Source of the DNA: Takakia lepidozioides
Taxonomy: Eukaryota > Plantae > Bryophyta
Length of the DNA stretch: 64,000 bases
Assembly (NCBI GenBank): GCA_030704615.1
Contig: CM060732.1
Span: forward strand, 5,146,001-5,210,000
Direction: 5' to 3'
Shown here: in pieces, positions 1-12,826 of the stretch
How positions within the stretch are numbered: position 1 is the stretch's first letter
How the letters are laid out: each line of letters begins with the position of its first letter
The notes under the pieces: generated by a model
What the model was told of the DNA's origin: nothing
The model's database searches: none
The model's input: only the letters and a program-made list of their open reading frames with translations
Program-made: the position numbers and the translations under genes

Positions 1-479
1 CTTATGGAGCTGCGGAAGGGATAGTCAGTATTGCACTGTTTAACAGACTTATTGATTCTAATAGCACTAGAACATACTAGCTACAATAATTCAGCCCATG
101 TGTGGGCTTGCTTGTTTTTGGCTGGGCCTTTTGAGGCATGGATTTTTTGACCTTGTGGCTTTTGAGGTGTCCATTGGGATATTGGTCTCATTTGGATTTT
201 TGTAATGTGATTTATAGGGCTTGTATTGCCCTGTAGTTGACTATTTTCATTCTCCTTGTGGTTGATAGTATGCAGGAGGGATCCATTCTGTTTTCATGTT
301 GGAATTTCACCATGTAATGAAGATTTTAAATCATTTAATTCACTTTCATTTTAAATAATAATATTAAAAATAATACCATTAAAAAAAAATCCAAGGCTGC
401 AATCTCCCTGTTCTTTTAAATATTAAATGAAAACTAAAAATTAAAATATGAACATTTAAAATATAAACTATTTCGGAAA

Positions 480-1201
480 ACAATCTTGATGACACGTGGC
501 ATCACTCTTGCTCAAACCAGAACACGTGGCAGTATATGACACGACATTCTTTATCCATATTTTCACCACGTGTAAAGATCCGTAGTCATATATGCTAGTC
601 ATATATTTTGTCTGTGTGCCACATGTCACATCTCAAGTGCAACAGGTGTCCCGCTAATATCTCTCCATGTAGACATCCCTGTAGTCATATGAGCGAGTCA
701 TGTAGTCACCATGTGTGAAATCTGCCATAGCACACGTGTCTCGCTAGCGCCTCTCCATGTAGGCATCAATGTGCAGACATGTAGTCATATGATCATGGCA
801 AGAAGTCGTGACATGTCAAATTCGCAGTGGCGCACGTGTCCATCCGTCGCCTCTCCATGTAGGCATCACTTTGCAGACATATAGTCATATGATCCCCTGA
901 CGAATGCATGACGTGTCGCTTGCGCAGTGGCACACGTGTCCCGCTGAAGCCTCTCCATGTAGGCAGCGCTCAACAGACAATGTAGTCATATATTAGTCAT
1001 ATAGTTGTGACTGCAACCCTCTCTGCAGCAGGACTCCAGGTGCCACGCAAGCAGTCATGGATATGACTTGCAAAACGCAGTCCTAAAGACTAGTTGCTAT
1101 GACAGGGTTTTTTTCACTACAGAGTGATGTAGTCATGAACGCATATAAGACTGAAAAAATAGTCATATGTGAAGTCATAAAAACGCTCATCTGTTGTAGT
1201 G
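480..1201. mobile_element. CACTA (En/Spm) element right end with subterminal repeats
   Basis: Ends TCTGTTGTAGTG at 1201 (reverse complement CACTACAACAGA). Preceded by ~100-bp units (ACACGTGTC..CTCTCCATGTAG..GTAGTCATAT). Sequence after 1201 matches the intron copies at ~49590 and ~58480, so this is an insertion junction. Confidence 0.75.
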
Positions 1202-1335
1202 AAATCATGCATACATCCTTGCCTTGTTGCTAGCAGCTGACAATGACAGCCTAGATTTTTTCTAGGAAACACCCAAACCCTACTTATCACACTAGTTCCT
1301 ATGCTACTTGCGTCTGCTTCCGAAAATGCATTCAC

Positions 1336-1714
1336 TTTTTTGCCTCGGTTGTCCCACCATTGACTGGGGTCAAAAAAGTATTCATTCCACAACTTCTCCT
1401 CGTCTCTGTTACCTGTTTTTGGATACTTTTCTGTTGTCACATTGGCAGTATCATGTCAACGTCACTCCAAACTATCAAAGATTCACTCAACCAACTAACT
1501 TGCAAAATTCAAGATGAAAATTTAAGGCCGACTCTGATAACAGGGGAAAAAATGGTGAAATGTGTTGAAGAAGGTGCCTGGAGTAGCAGTGCCTGATTTT
1601 ATCAATTGTGCCGATGTTGTGGCTTCCAGTTGACCATCTACCCATGCAGGTTTCTTGTAGCTATCCTTCCACAGGGAATCGTAGATAATATGGAGCTTCC
1701 CCTCTTGGATGAAT
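1336..1714 (-). pseudogene. OSB-type PDF-motif exon remnant (end of one motif, start of the next)
   Basis: AG|IHPRG..KLHIIYDSLWKDSYKKPAWVDGQL, then EEKLWNEYFFDPSQWWDNRGKK|GTGAAT. Matches the PDF motif of organellar ssDNA-binding OSB proteins (W..FF..P..WWDNR..K..P..PDFK....LW....P.WV). Stops lie between the motifs. Confidence 0.7.
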
Positions 1715-3306
1715 CTGGACCCATACTCTATCCCCACTCCTTCAGCACGGCGTGAAGTTCTTCCAGCAAACATGGAATGCGGATGAATCGTGAATGGAAG
1801 TTGGATAAAAGTTGGATAAAAGTTTGGTGGATGGTGGAAGATCAATGAATGAATGTCGGATTGATTTGAGATGTATTTTGGATGAAGTCCGGCACACCGA
1901 TGGAACTCGATTTTAAATAAATCTAGACTTTCCAAAGTCCAGGAATAACATAGATATTGATTTATTGATTTATTTAAATTGAATAAAAATTCACTATGAA
2001 AACAAATTTAAATGATTTTATTAAGTTTATTGTAGATGTTTAGTAAATATTGTTGTTTCCAGAGAATCCATACCCTGATCACATCCCTAATCTAAGTTGA
2101 AATCCTAGTTTTGTACAGTTTCACGGGCAGCAAGGGAGACCTCCTGTCCATCACAATTGCTGCAGTTTTTTAATATTAGCCTACAAAAAAATGCCAAACA
2201 TTGTCACTCCAGAAGTACATGAGAATTATGACTGCTGTCCCAAGTTCGACATCTCCACTAAGGCAAGGGAGATCTCCCGATCTATGATTAGAACATAGTA
2301 AGATAGAAAGTCATCCCGTCAAGATACGTCCCAAAATGTCCAAAGTAATTTATTAGAGCATCACCAAACCAAATTTGTACAGCCATTGAGGTCCCTGGCT
2401 ATGGGCACTTATCAACCATCACCATCCCAGGTGGATTCCCAGGTGGCATGGCCGTTCTGATTATGTGTCATTCATGCAAGTCATATCTCCACGCACAAAA
2501 CACATGCGGACTAGGACAGACGGGAGGTCTCCCCTCCCAAGCGATACACATCAGCAGTAGTCAAATTAAATTGAGGAAGAAACATGCACAAGTTACAAAG
2601 CCATAAGAGAATGAGGGGTCTGACAGGAACATGCACACATAGAAAGACATAGAGGACGGGAGGTCTCCCGTCCTTCCTCACACTCTCTAGTCTACAAGAG
2701 TCTGACGGGTGTGATGACGAAACCAAAACATGCACATAGTCAGGTAGGGGAGATCTCCCGTGGTGATACCTCTCATAACGACATGAGTAATGAATTCCAA
2801 AACCGAACAAAGAGTACCCAGAGAACACAGAGCACAACCATGATATCCATCGCTATGACATGAAATGAATAAAAAATAATGAACCATTTTTATTCATAAT
2901 TTGCACTTAGAGAATAGCGTCATTGTCAATGTATATCATCTACAATTTCCCAACTGGTGGAAGACTGTCATCCGACTAGTAAGAATGGGTAGCGGATTCT
3001 ACTCTCATCCCAGATCTCCCCAGATGGACATTCCGTTGTCATGCATGTGTTTGAGGGCACTGTCCTCGCCAGCAGATCTCCTCCTCATAAATACTTATAT
3101 ACCTCCAGAGACCCTCCTGGCCTGTGGGTTTGGCATGTCCATCCTTCTTCTTGTCGGATGTTGACTTCATCCGACGCTTGGCCTTGACTGGAACAGACAA
3201 ACCAATCCATGAGAAAAATCAGTAGACTTTTTAGGTTCATGGTGCGCAGTAGGGACGAGAGACCTCCCATGCTTACTGACCCTCTCTAACCTCTTAACCC
3301 ACTACT

Positions 3307-4161
3307 CTAAGACACATCGGTTGACATAAAAAGAAGAAGTTGAAAGCAAAGAGGGGGGAACATACCTAAAAACACACAAGGGTCAGTAATCCCTAGGGGA
3401 TTTGCATATCTCGCTAGCCAAATCCAATCAGGGTGAGAGCTATCGACAGGCATCTGAACATTTGCACACTTCCAATAATTCTCCTCCATGTATTCTTGAA
3501 CTGTCGGAGATGACATCATGCCAGAAATGAATGGCCATAAAGCCTCAACAAGATCCTCAACAAAAGAATCTCGTCCCTCCTTGACGATCGGCGTTAGAGT
3601 GCCATCAAAGGATCTCGGGTAAGAACCAGTGTTCAAAGGGTTTCTCAGGGCTTTGGTGGGCTCACCATCAATCAAAAGCGTTTGGCCTTTTAGGCCGTAG
3701 GGCTTAGAACTTCTCCCGAAGTGTTCCCAAAGACCAACAATGTCTTTAATGTAGAACGGCTGTGTTGAGGCAATGTAGGCAGGAAGCTTGGTGCAAGTAT
3801 CTCGACACCAGACAAAGCAAAATTTCCTAACCATATCCTTCGGGAGAAGATATGCCAGAAGAGCCTCAACCATATGTTGAACTCCATAGGACCAGATACC
3901 CACATGGTAATGGTTGAACGCAAGTTCAAGAAATTCCAGAAGACCCGGACGAGAAACGACATTGTCCCAATCGTAGGGAATTTTGGCATGAGGGAAATGT
4001 TCAAGGAACCGCTGTGATCCAACAGGCTTCGGTTTATAGCACAATAAACCAACAACACTCAGAATGATTAACTTACTTTGACCTCCAAAGGAGGCCGTCA
4101 CTCGTGTCTTCCGGCGCAAGAGATTTGCTGCCTCACTCGCTCGAAAATGGTCATGACCCAT
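3307..4161 (-). CDS. FCP1/NIF (HAD-like) domain protein, probably a catalytically dead TE cargo gene
   Basis: KLIILSVVGLLC...VVSRPGLLEFLE...VGIWS...FVWCRDTC...FYIKD...TLLIDGEPTKALRNP follows the NIF pattern, but the DxD nucleophile motif is replaced by SVV. Confidence 0.75.
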   Translation of the reverse strand: MGHDHFRASEAANLLRRKTRVTASFGGQSKLIILSVVGLLCYKPKPVGSQRFLEHFPHAKIPYDWDNVVSRPGLLEFLELAFNHYHVGIWSYGVQHMVEALLAYLLPKDMVRKFCFVWCRDTCTKLPAYIASTQPFYIKDIVGLWEHFGRSSKPYGLKGQTLLIDGEPTKALRNPLNTGSYPRSFDGTLTPIVKEGRDSFVEDLVEALWPFISGMMSSPTVQEYMEENYWKCANVQMPVDSSHPDWIWLARYANPLGITDPCVFLGMFPPLCFQLLLFMSTDVS

Positions 4162-4260
4162 CTGTCAAGATTTGATGGTTAGCTTGGATGTGACCATCGG
4201 CAGCTATATTACTGATGTGTAGTAAAGTGGGAGATGAATCTAGATTTTCTGGCACCTTAA

Positions 4261-4970
4261 CCCTTAAGTTCCCAAGCCATTTTTTGATTTTTTACCAATT
4301 TTGGGTACCCAGCTGCAGTAAATTGCCCCTAGAAACCTACCAAAAATCATCCACAGATTCCAGCCTTATAGCAATGGGCCCAGCTCATTTATGCATGACA
4401 TACCAAAATATGAGCCAAGTCCACCGTGGAAATTGTGAGATTATAGCGTTGGCCCGGACCTCAAATATCAGGCCCCAAATTGCAGGTCCAACTGATTTTT
4501 TCACCTATGCTTGCTCTGCATGCAATTACATGGGGGTTGAAATCTCAAAATTGACAGCAGAAAATGTGCCTCCAAATGAAGTACTTTTTTTTCTACAATT
4601 TTTTTAAAAGCCAACGGTGGATGTGTGCATGTAATGCTCACACACCACAAGGTGAAGTGTTTTTTTCCAAAATTGCTAATTTTCTGCCAAAAATGGCCTT
4701 TGAAGTGCAATCTGTTTTGGGCTTGTTTACCTGCCACGTCAGCGGTCAACAGCCCTTTTTCAGGCCCCAAAACGTAAATTAAAGATCTAAGATATTTTTT
4801 GTCAGTCGCAGCTTTTGTTTTTTTTTAGTTTTGTTTTTTGCATCATACTCGAGACAAATCCCTTGTCATTAAAGGTTCAGGAGTGGGCCCCATCAGATTA
4901 GATCTGCAAAAATTAGGTCGACCCTGCAAATTCAAAGTGACCCGATTCAGGTCGCTTGGGAACTTAAAGG
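4261..4970. mobile_element. piggyBac-type non-autonomous element (MITE)
   Basis: TTAA (4257-4260) then CCCTTAAGTTCCCAAGC ... GCTTGGGAACTTAAAGG then TTAA (4971-4974): 17-bp TIR with 1 mismatch, CCY/RGG termini and a TTAA TSD. Confidence 0.8.
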
Positions 4971-4974
4971 TTAA

Positions 4975-6800
4975 GCAAAACATCCACTGGAAAATTTAAG
5001 ATCTTTGAACATCTCACAATCTGTGCATTTCACGAATTTTCCACCTGGTTTCCGAACCTCAACATTCCCAAAAACTTTCGTTCGAATTTGTCTAATTCCA
5101 GACTTCGACAATGTCTTCAAGCCCATTCGTTTGTTCGTCTAATCCAATGTCAACAATGTATAGAGTTAGTATCGTATTTAGGACGGGAGACCTCCCGTGG
5201 ACATTGGAATTGAGATCGAATTTCCAATATCTAAATCCAAGAGATATGAAAATTTGATAGATGCAAAAAGAACGACAGAAACAAAATTTCGTTCATAAAT
5301 AGATGGACTAACTTCGCTCGGAACGATCCATCAATGGACTATCGGTTAATATGCTGACGATTTGATATCGACTATTAGCACGTGTAGCAGAATGATTACG
5401 GGAGGTCTCCCGTGACATACGCTCCTTGAAAGTAGAATTTTTTTTTATAGAGGCAGATCCGGATTGGGTTGGAAAGCAGTATCCTACCTCATTGGACTGT
5501 TGATTCAGCTCCTTCCAATTCATCTCCACCGGCAGCAACTTCAGAACATCTTGCCTTCATCTCCGATACCTCTCATTTTATGAGGCATGAGGTCACTGTT
5601 TCTGGAAATCAGCGATAACAAATTCGTCTCGGCCTGCAGGGTTTCTGCTCGGGGTTTCTTCATTCTTCTGTTTCCATGCATTGACGAGGTGTATCCATCA
5701 TTACTCTTCCTCTTGTATCCATGGTACGTTGACCTTCCGATTCCATGGATTGTCCACCATGCCTTTTCACAGACCTCAACTCCTTCCATTGTAAGGTAGG
5801 CATGACGACCACAACCTGGAAGTCGGTGTAGTCGTGGGGGGATGTCAAACCCTAACTCTCTCTTTGCATCAAAAGAAGATGCCAAGAACTTACTCCGGAT
5901 AGCCTTAGTTTTTCCCAGCTGAAGTGTTGACAACAGTTTCGAGCACAACAGCTCACAGAGCTTACTGCTTGAATTGACTCCGAATTTAAGAATCGGATCA
6001 ATTTCTTCCCCCTGGAGTTCTCATCTCCCTTTCATTTATACTACGATTTCTTAACTCCTTCAAGGTGGTCATCCTCCGTGTCTGACTCGTGCTCTTCATA
6101 AAACTTTGTGAGCAACTCTGATAGTATGCGGCCGTCTCGAAGTTTTGTATGTGTAAGCCGCCATTTTGTAATTGTCATTAGCATATCCTGAGCTGACCCA
6201 GAGACAGCTGTAACAATCACACGGACATGCTTCTCCCCAAGGTTTTCACCGAGAATAACTTCGTCAGGTAGACCGGCCACAATCCGGCCCTCAGCGATGA
6301 CGCCCATCTCGTCATTGAGAAGATTGCACATCTGATTATGCCAAGTATCTCTTCCGAATATCTGATGTACGCCTTTCTGACTCTCGGCACGCCTTTTTTT
6401 TTTGGTTGTATCTTGTGAATCTTTTGTTCCTGCGCCTTCAATACCATCGGCAGTGTCCTTCTGTATTGTATCCTCCACAACATTCGTGCTCGCTCCAGCA
6501 TCGGACCTAGACCCCTCACCCTCCATTGCACACATTTCTGAACTTGACTAACTTTCCAGACAACGGGTGTCCCCAGGGCTTCTCCAAGAGTTTCCGCGTC
6601 TGCATGTGAATACGGCAAGCTAATGGACTCCATTCCATGTATCACGGTTTTCAAGATGACGCTCACTAAACTACTAGAGAGATGCCTGCCATGACAAAAT
6701 CCCTCTCCCGACGTATTCAGACAGGTACCCTCAGTGACAATTCTTGGAACTGGAGAGCCGACAAGGTGGATTAAATTCGCGGCTTCTCCGACAGACAACT
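4975..6800 (-). pseudogene. DUF7869-like putative transposase, 5' part, with two Tnp1/En-Spm-like (DUF8039-like) N-terminal domains
   Basis: VCEKAWWTIHGIGRSTY...HGN...SDLMPH (5541-5948), LPVEMNW (~5530) and FGNVEVRKPGGKFVKCTDC (~5010-5075) resemble the DUF7869-family N-terminal region. Two domains ..VAEG....HG..L....V.V....LPY....TLGEALG..VVW lie at 6041-6798. Frameshifted, and the catalytic core was not seen. Confidence 0.55.
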
Positions 6801-9800
6801 ATCCACAGGTGGTAACCATCTTCTACCACGGGAGATCTCCCCTGCTATGCCCTCGAGTAAAAAACGGGGAGCAAAAAAGGTAGAAAAGATGAAGATATCA
6901 AATGCGGCGAACCCTCCGCAGGATGACGGGAGATCTCCCGTTCTCGTCGCCTCAACCCTTAAGCTAGAATCCACACAAAAATCCAGGATTGTGCAAGGCA
7001 AGATCATCTATGCACACCACAGATGCAAACACTAAGGGATCACGGGAGGTCTCCCGTTCTGTGATCTCCAATGGGCAGAAAAAGTTAAATAGAAAATAGA
7101 GTTCCAAACAAATTGGAACGGAACTGCTCAGGATGACGGGAGATCTCCCGTCACATTCTTTTGAATCGTATAACTGGAGAAGACCAAGACAGATAAATGA
7201 GATGCAGAAAAGAACGACAAAACAAAGAGAAACTCTAATGTAACAGCCCTTCTTCGCTATGCCAGGCTAAAAAAGGAGACATTGCGTGAGTTGAGAGTAT
7301 AACTCTTCTGGAAAATAGTGAGAGAGAATGATTAACAAACAAGCAGAGATGAAATACCACTCTCAATCCTTCCACCACCCTTCCACCACTCTTCAGTCCA
7401 TCCACCACCTGCACTCCCCAATTCGGCAGGGCTTTGCCGAGACGGAATGAAATGAGAGGGAAAATGTTGCCCTTATATAGACCCGTATTTGCATGCGGCG
7501 GCATGAGGCCAACCTCACCCATACATGAGGCTTGTATAGCAAGGGGAATCGTTTCATTAATTACTTGCCATGAGGGTGAAAACATGCTGATGTGTACCAC
7601 TGACACTCCTGAAAAGGACTAAATTTTGACTGCTGGCGCGTTATACCGCGACGCGTGGACATGACATGTTGCGATGAAAACGTGATAAAATTTACAGATG
7701 ATAGTGGGCACCTCGACCCTATGCATTGGATGCTCGTACACCCTCTTGTACACCTCCAATTTTGCTCGTACACTGCTAATTTTGAGTTTACGATACTAAC
7801 TCGACTTCCATTTGCCACCATTTGCTTTCCCCTCATCATATCCAAGCCGGGTTTGGTGTGTTTGATGCCTACTTCAGTGCTACAGATGCTCGTATAATTT
7901 TTAGGAGTTTATTTGATATATTTTTAATTTTAAAATAATTTGCAATGAATGATACACAATTTGTAAGAACTCATTTTGGCCTCAAATTCAAAATTGGGGG
8001 ACCTTGTAGCCATTTCAAGGACATGACCTTCTTCCTTTTCAGTAGCTAAACACTTTTAGTGAAAGAACTATGTTCAAATTTTGAGGTTTAGTAGTACCAA
8101 AGTTTGGTGCCCCTAAGTTATGCATATCGTGTAGTAGAAAATTCTTATGATAATGGGTATTTCTGGTTTTGTAGGTCTACTATCCTTTTTGCATTCTTCC
8201 ATACCTTACATAAGCACATGAAAATCCCTGATAGGACCTTCACATGTTATGGGTGTGAAAATGAGTCCTAAAGGACTACAACATTTTGGGACATTTGAAC
8301 CTTGTGCTATTCAAGACTCCTTTAGGACCTCTTAAACTTGTCAAATCACAAAAAAATTTACATAGGCATGACAAGAACTTCAAGGGCTTTCCAATGATAT
8401 AATGTTTCTGTGGTTTTATACTGAACTTGATATCCTAAATTTGGATCAATTGCGCCATATGTGTTGGAAAGTAGTTTGTGACATCTTTTTTGGGTCATAT
8501 TAGTGTGTTTTGACCTCCATAATGACTGGGACGGGGGGCCTCCCGTACCCGACAGTACGACATCTGCATGGCCACCACGTGGATAGATATCATCTATGGG
8601 TGTACTTGCACGACGACATCAATGCAATCGGAACCGTCCAATGGGATCCCAGATCTAATCTGAGCCGTCGGATTCGATGGATGTCATATGACCATGATGA
8701 CACTGCGCCGCGCCACGGGAGCTCTCCCCTCGCCGCATTCATCGAAGGTAAGATTTGCCGTAGCGCCGCCGCCGCCGCATTCAGTAACGCTGCAGTATGG
8801 CCGCGTGGACGCGGACATTGAATGTACGAAGAATCCGGGCATTGGCGGCCTCCCGTACTCCGACGTTCCAGCAGATGCGTAACCTGCCTGCTTGCCACGT
8901 GCTGTAATACTAACTATGGATATGCCTTCACATGCGTGCTCAAAAGCATCGTTGAATCTGGACTGTCCATTACATATGGAGGGCATAGAACCTCCATGTT
9001 CATGAGTTGAATGCGCGGTTTCACGGGAGCCATCTCCTAATAAATATGATTGGCTAGGTTTGCGGGCCCTGCGGCCGCCGCCGCTTGAATCTCGCGCATG
9101 ACAGGCGCGTGGCAGACGCCGTTACACGGGAGCCCTCCCCTAATAATTGGCTAGGTTTGCTAGCCGGGGGTTGCAAATCCATGAGCATGAGCGGTGAGCG
9201 CATGAGCATGAGCAGAGGTTCCCGATCCTCGCCCGAACCTATACCGAACCACCTCGAAGGTGGAGGTCGGCAACCAAAACTGCCGACTTCATGCATCTTG
9301 GTAACAGTCTACAGAAATAGGAGGTGGAACGCCTATGACCATGACGTGCAGGTGAGGTGTTATAGTTGCCACAGACTATAACATCACATTCGTTATTGGG
9401 GGGTCCGTAGGGCAATGTTGGATGTTATGGTTGCCACCGACTATATCATCCCCACTCAAAACTGGACCTGTATAAAAATGACAACTAACCCAGGTAGATG
9501 GGGGAGGTTGAAGGAAACGGTGTATGCATTGCCTATTTCTGGACCATACTTCTCTAGTGCCTTAATTTGTGAAAGACACAACAGTCTATTGAACTAAGGC
9601 TGGATAAGTTAGGCAAGAATCTATTATTTACTCATGGTGTGTGAGGTTTAGTGATAGATTTAGTTGAATGGAGTAGAACATATTCTCAGGTTAGGTTGGG
9701 AGGGATGGTTACTATTGTGCTTATAACTTCGTATGTGTGTTGTAAGGTCTTGACCATGTTTGTTCAACATACGAGTGGTTTGTGTGCATAGTACTACAAA

Positions 9801-10699
9801 GTAAAAAACTATTTGTTCTTGAAATGGACACAGATAAAGTGTGGTTGTCTGTGAGAGAAAGAGTGTGCACATAGAGTGTAAAATTTTGCGGCATAGCTGT
9901 TGTCATGTCATGGCAACGGTCTTCACAACATGAGCAGACCAGTGATTGATTCATTTGGATATTTGTCGGAGGTATTTTATGGCTTCAGCAGACCAGGGAT
10001 CAGCACTCCAAGAATTCCAAACTTTGCTTCAACACTTGATTGTCGTTCTGACTCCTCCCATAGCTCAGTATCAACGAGTTTGTTATGCACCAATGCTTAC
10101 AAAAGCTGGAGATCGGAAATGTAGGATAAACCTAAGCAATCCCTCGTAGGTCAAACAAGCACCATCTTGGGACTACCTAGGTCTCACCAAGCTTGTTCTT
10201 AGCCCTCCCTTTCTGCTTGTAATCTGGGTAGTTGCATCTACAGACCTCATTGCGGACGTCCCATGAAGACTGATTATCCCGAGTTTACCCTCAGATGGTT
10301 CATCTAACATATATGAAAGGCATGGAAATGAAGACAATGATGGGCGTTCGAAGGCTTCTCAATGGTTGCTAACTTTTGTACTCCAATCATCTACAGAAAC
10401 CCGTTTGGAAGCACACTCCAAACCAGAATCTTGCTTTCACCAAACTGCCTTGTACACCCTTCTTTTCTGAAACCAGCATTCGTGGTGACTATGATGCGTA
10501 ACTAGAAGCTTCCACACAGGGCTGAAGCACCTTCATATTTAACAATCATTTATGCGTTCTGTCGCGAGGACAAACTTAAAAACTAAAAATGCCCAAGAGA
10601 AAAGAAATTGTTTCATGCAAACATATTGGTTCTTTGAACTCATTCATGTTCATCAGAGAGGTAAATAGTTTTAAGACAATAGTAATAATAATAATGAAT

Positions 10700-11898
10700 C
10701 TATTAGTCGGCGTCGACTTATCTTCGACTATAAACACAAAAAATCAGGTTGGGTTTAAGTTCATCAGAGAATGGGGAGGAAAAAAAAAAAAAACAAACAA
10801 AAAAACTATTAGTCGGCGCCGACTTATCTTCAACTATGAACACAAAATAACAGTTTGGATTTAAAGTCGGCACCGACTTTAAAGATGGGAGGGAAAAAAA
10901 ACAAAAAAAACAATTAGTCGGCGCCGACTTATCTTCGACTATGAACACAAAAAATCAGTTTGGGTTTAAGGTCGGCACCGACTTTAACCAAGGGAGCGGG
11001 GAAAAAATAAAAATAAACTATTAGTCGGCACCGACTTATCCTCGATTATGAACCCTTGAAATCAGCTTAGGTTTAAAGGCGGCACCGACTTTAACCAAAG
11101 GAGCCAAAAAAAGAATTAATAAATTAATAAATTAATAAAAACTATTAGTTGGCGCCGACTTATCCTCGATTATGAATTGGAAAAATCAGCTTGGGTCTAA
11201 AGTCGGCACCGACCTTTAACCAAAAGAACAAAGAAAAAAGAAAAAAAGAAAAAACTATTAGTCGGCGCCGACCTATCTTCGATTATGAACACAAAAAACC
11301 AGCTTGGGTTTAAAGTTGGCACCGACTTTAACGATGGGAACTTTATACCTATGAGCATGAGCAAAAATATTCATGAGCAAAGATAAAAACAACATTATTT
11401 GGATGAAATATAATATTTGGATATACTATTTGGATGAAATATAGTATTTGCTCTACAATCTTGATTTAGTTGGCGCCGACTTATAGGTTTTTCTTTTTAA
11501 AAAAAGAAAAAACTGATTTTTTGTGTTCAAAACTTGAATAAGTCGACGCCGATTTATAGTTTGTTTTATTTTGTTTTTCCGGTTTTTTTTCTCCCATCGT
11601 TAAAGTTGGTGCCGACTTTAAACCCACACCGTTTTTTTGTGTTTATAGTCGAAGATAAGTCGGTGCCGACTTATAGTTTTTTTTTTTTTTTTTTTTTTTT
11701 TTCCTCCCATCGTTAAAGTCGGTGCCGACTTTAAACACACACTGATTTTTAATGTTCATAGTCGAAGATAAGTCGGTGCCGACTTATATTTTTTAATTTC
11801 TTTTTTATGTTTTTCTCCCATCGTTAAAGTCGGTGCCGACTTTAAATCCACACTGATTTTTTGTGTTCGTAGTTGAAGATAAGTCGGCGCCGACTTAT

Positions 11899-11940
<42 letters not shown>

Positions 11941-12148
11941 CTCTCCCATCATTAAAGTCGGTGCCGACTTTAAACACACATTGATTTTTAATGTTCATAG
12001 TCCAAGATAAGTCTGTGCCGATTTTTTTTACTTTAAAAAAAAAAGAAAAAAAAAAAGTGTTTTTCTCCCATCGTTAAACTCGGTGCCGACTTTAAACCCA
12101 CACTGATTTTTTCTGTTCGTAGTCGAAGATAAGTCGGCGCCGACTTAT

Positions 12149-12179
<31 letters not shown>

Positions 12180-12250
12180 CCTTCCCTTTGATAAACTTTA
12201 ACCCAAACTGATTTGTATATTCCTAGTCGAAGATAAGTCGGCAGACTTCC
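10700..12250. repeat. Fold-back array: two inverted arms of ~105-120-bp tandem units, each unit carrying two AAGTCGG-YR-CCGACTT palindromes
   Basis: Left arm ~10700-11340 (TTAGTCGGCGCCGACTTATCTTCGACTATGAACAC...TTTAAAGTCGGCACCGACTTTAA..polyA). The right arm ~11500-12250 is its reverse complement with polyT; the spacer is ~160 bp and AT-rich. Confidence 0.9.
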
Positions 12251-12826
12251 CTTAACCAGCCAGCGCATAATCGGCGTCGTGAATGACATAACCTAGCCGG
12301 CCCAAAACACCAGGAATCACTGTCTTTCGGATCCTACTTGTGCTTTAAAAAAAAAATGTGGCAGGATCAAGACCAAAATGGAGGGGTGGGGCTGAGAGCA
12401 GCAACTGTTGTTGCTCTCAGCCCCCCCCCCACCATTCCAAAAAAAAAAAAAAAAAAAACAAAGCATGGGGGGGGGGCTCAGACTTTAAAATATGAGGCAT
12501 GAAGGCAGATTTGGATACTTATGTCTGTCTCTTGCATGCGTGCATGAAGATGACAGGCCTGGAAATTGGAAAGCAGATGCACGATCGCATTAAATGGATA
12601 TAAAGTTGGTAGAACTGATAGCAGACTGAACGAGCTTATCAAGCACAAAGACGATCCCATGATATAGGCCCTTCTACTTCTCTTTAACCTTATCTGAAAT
12701 CCAAAACCTGGCTGAGAATAAACCCAAACAAAAACCCTATTGAAGCTCAGTAAGCAGTTCATGTTAAGCAATGGAACAAGGAATTAACAAAACATAAAAA
12801 AGATGCGACATACCCGCAGTGGTGGT

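Larger units (their letters stand above)
2120..9140. repeat. Dispersed 16-bp palindrome ACGGGAG-RY-CTCCCGT (~20 copies including degenerate ones)
   Basis: Near-perfect copies at ~2656, 5183, 5398, 6926, 7042, 7136 and 8531; partial copies at ~2135, 2267, 2520, 2747, 3255, 6828, 8714 and 9126. Confidence 0.9.

Noticed and set aside
9180-9215. CATGAGC repeats resembling the MULE termini
   Set aside because: Lack the CTATTTC/AGG terminal part; too short to assign.
9946-10560. Possible NB-ARC remnant (RIIVTT on the minus strand ~10480)
   Set aside because: Single short motif amid many stops; no P-loop or GLPL motif found.
10700-12250. CRISPR or coding interpretation of the AAGTCGGCGCCGACTT array and its poly-K/poly-F ORFs
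   Set aside because: Repeated spacers and homopolymer tracts; the ORFs are translation artefacts.
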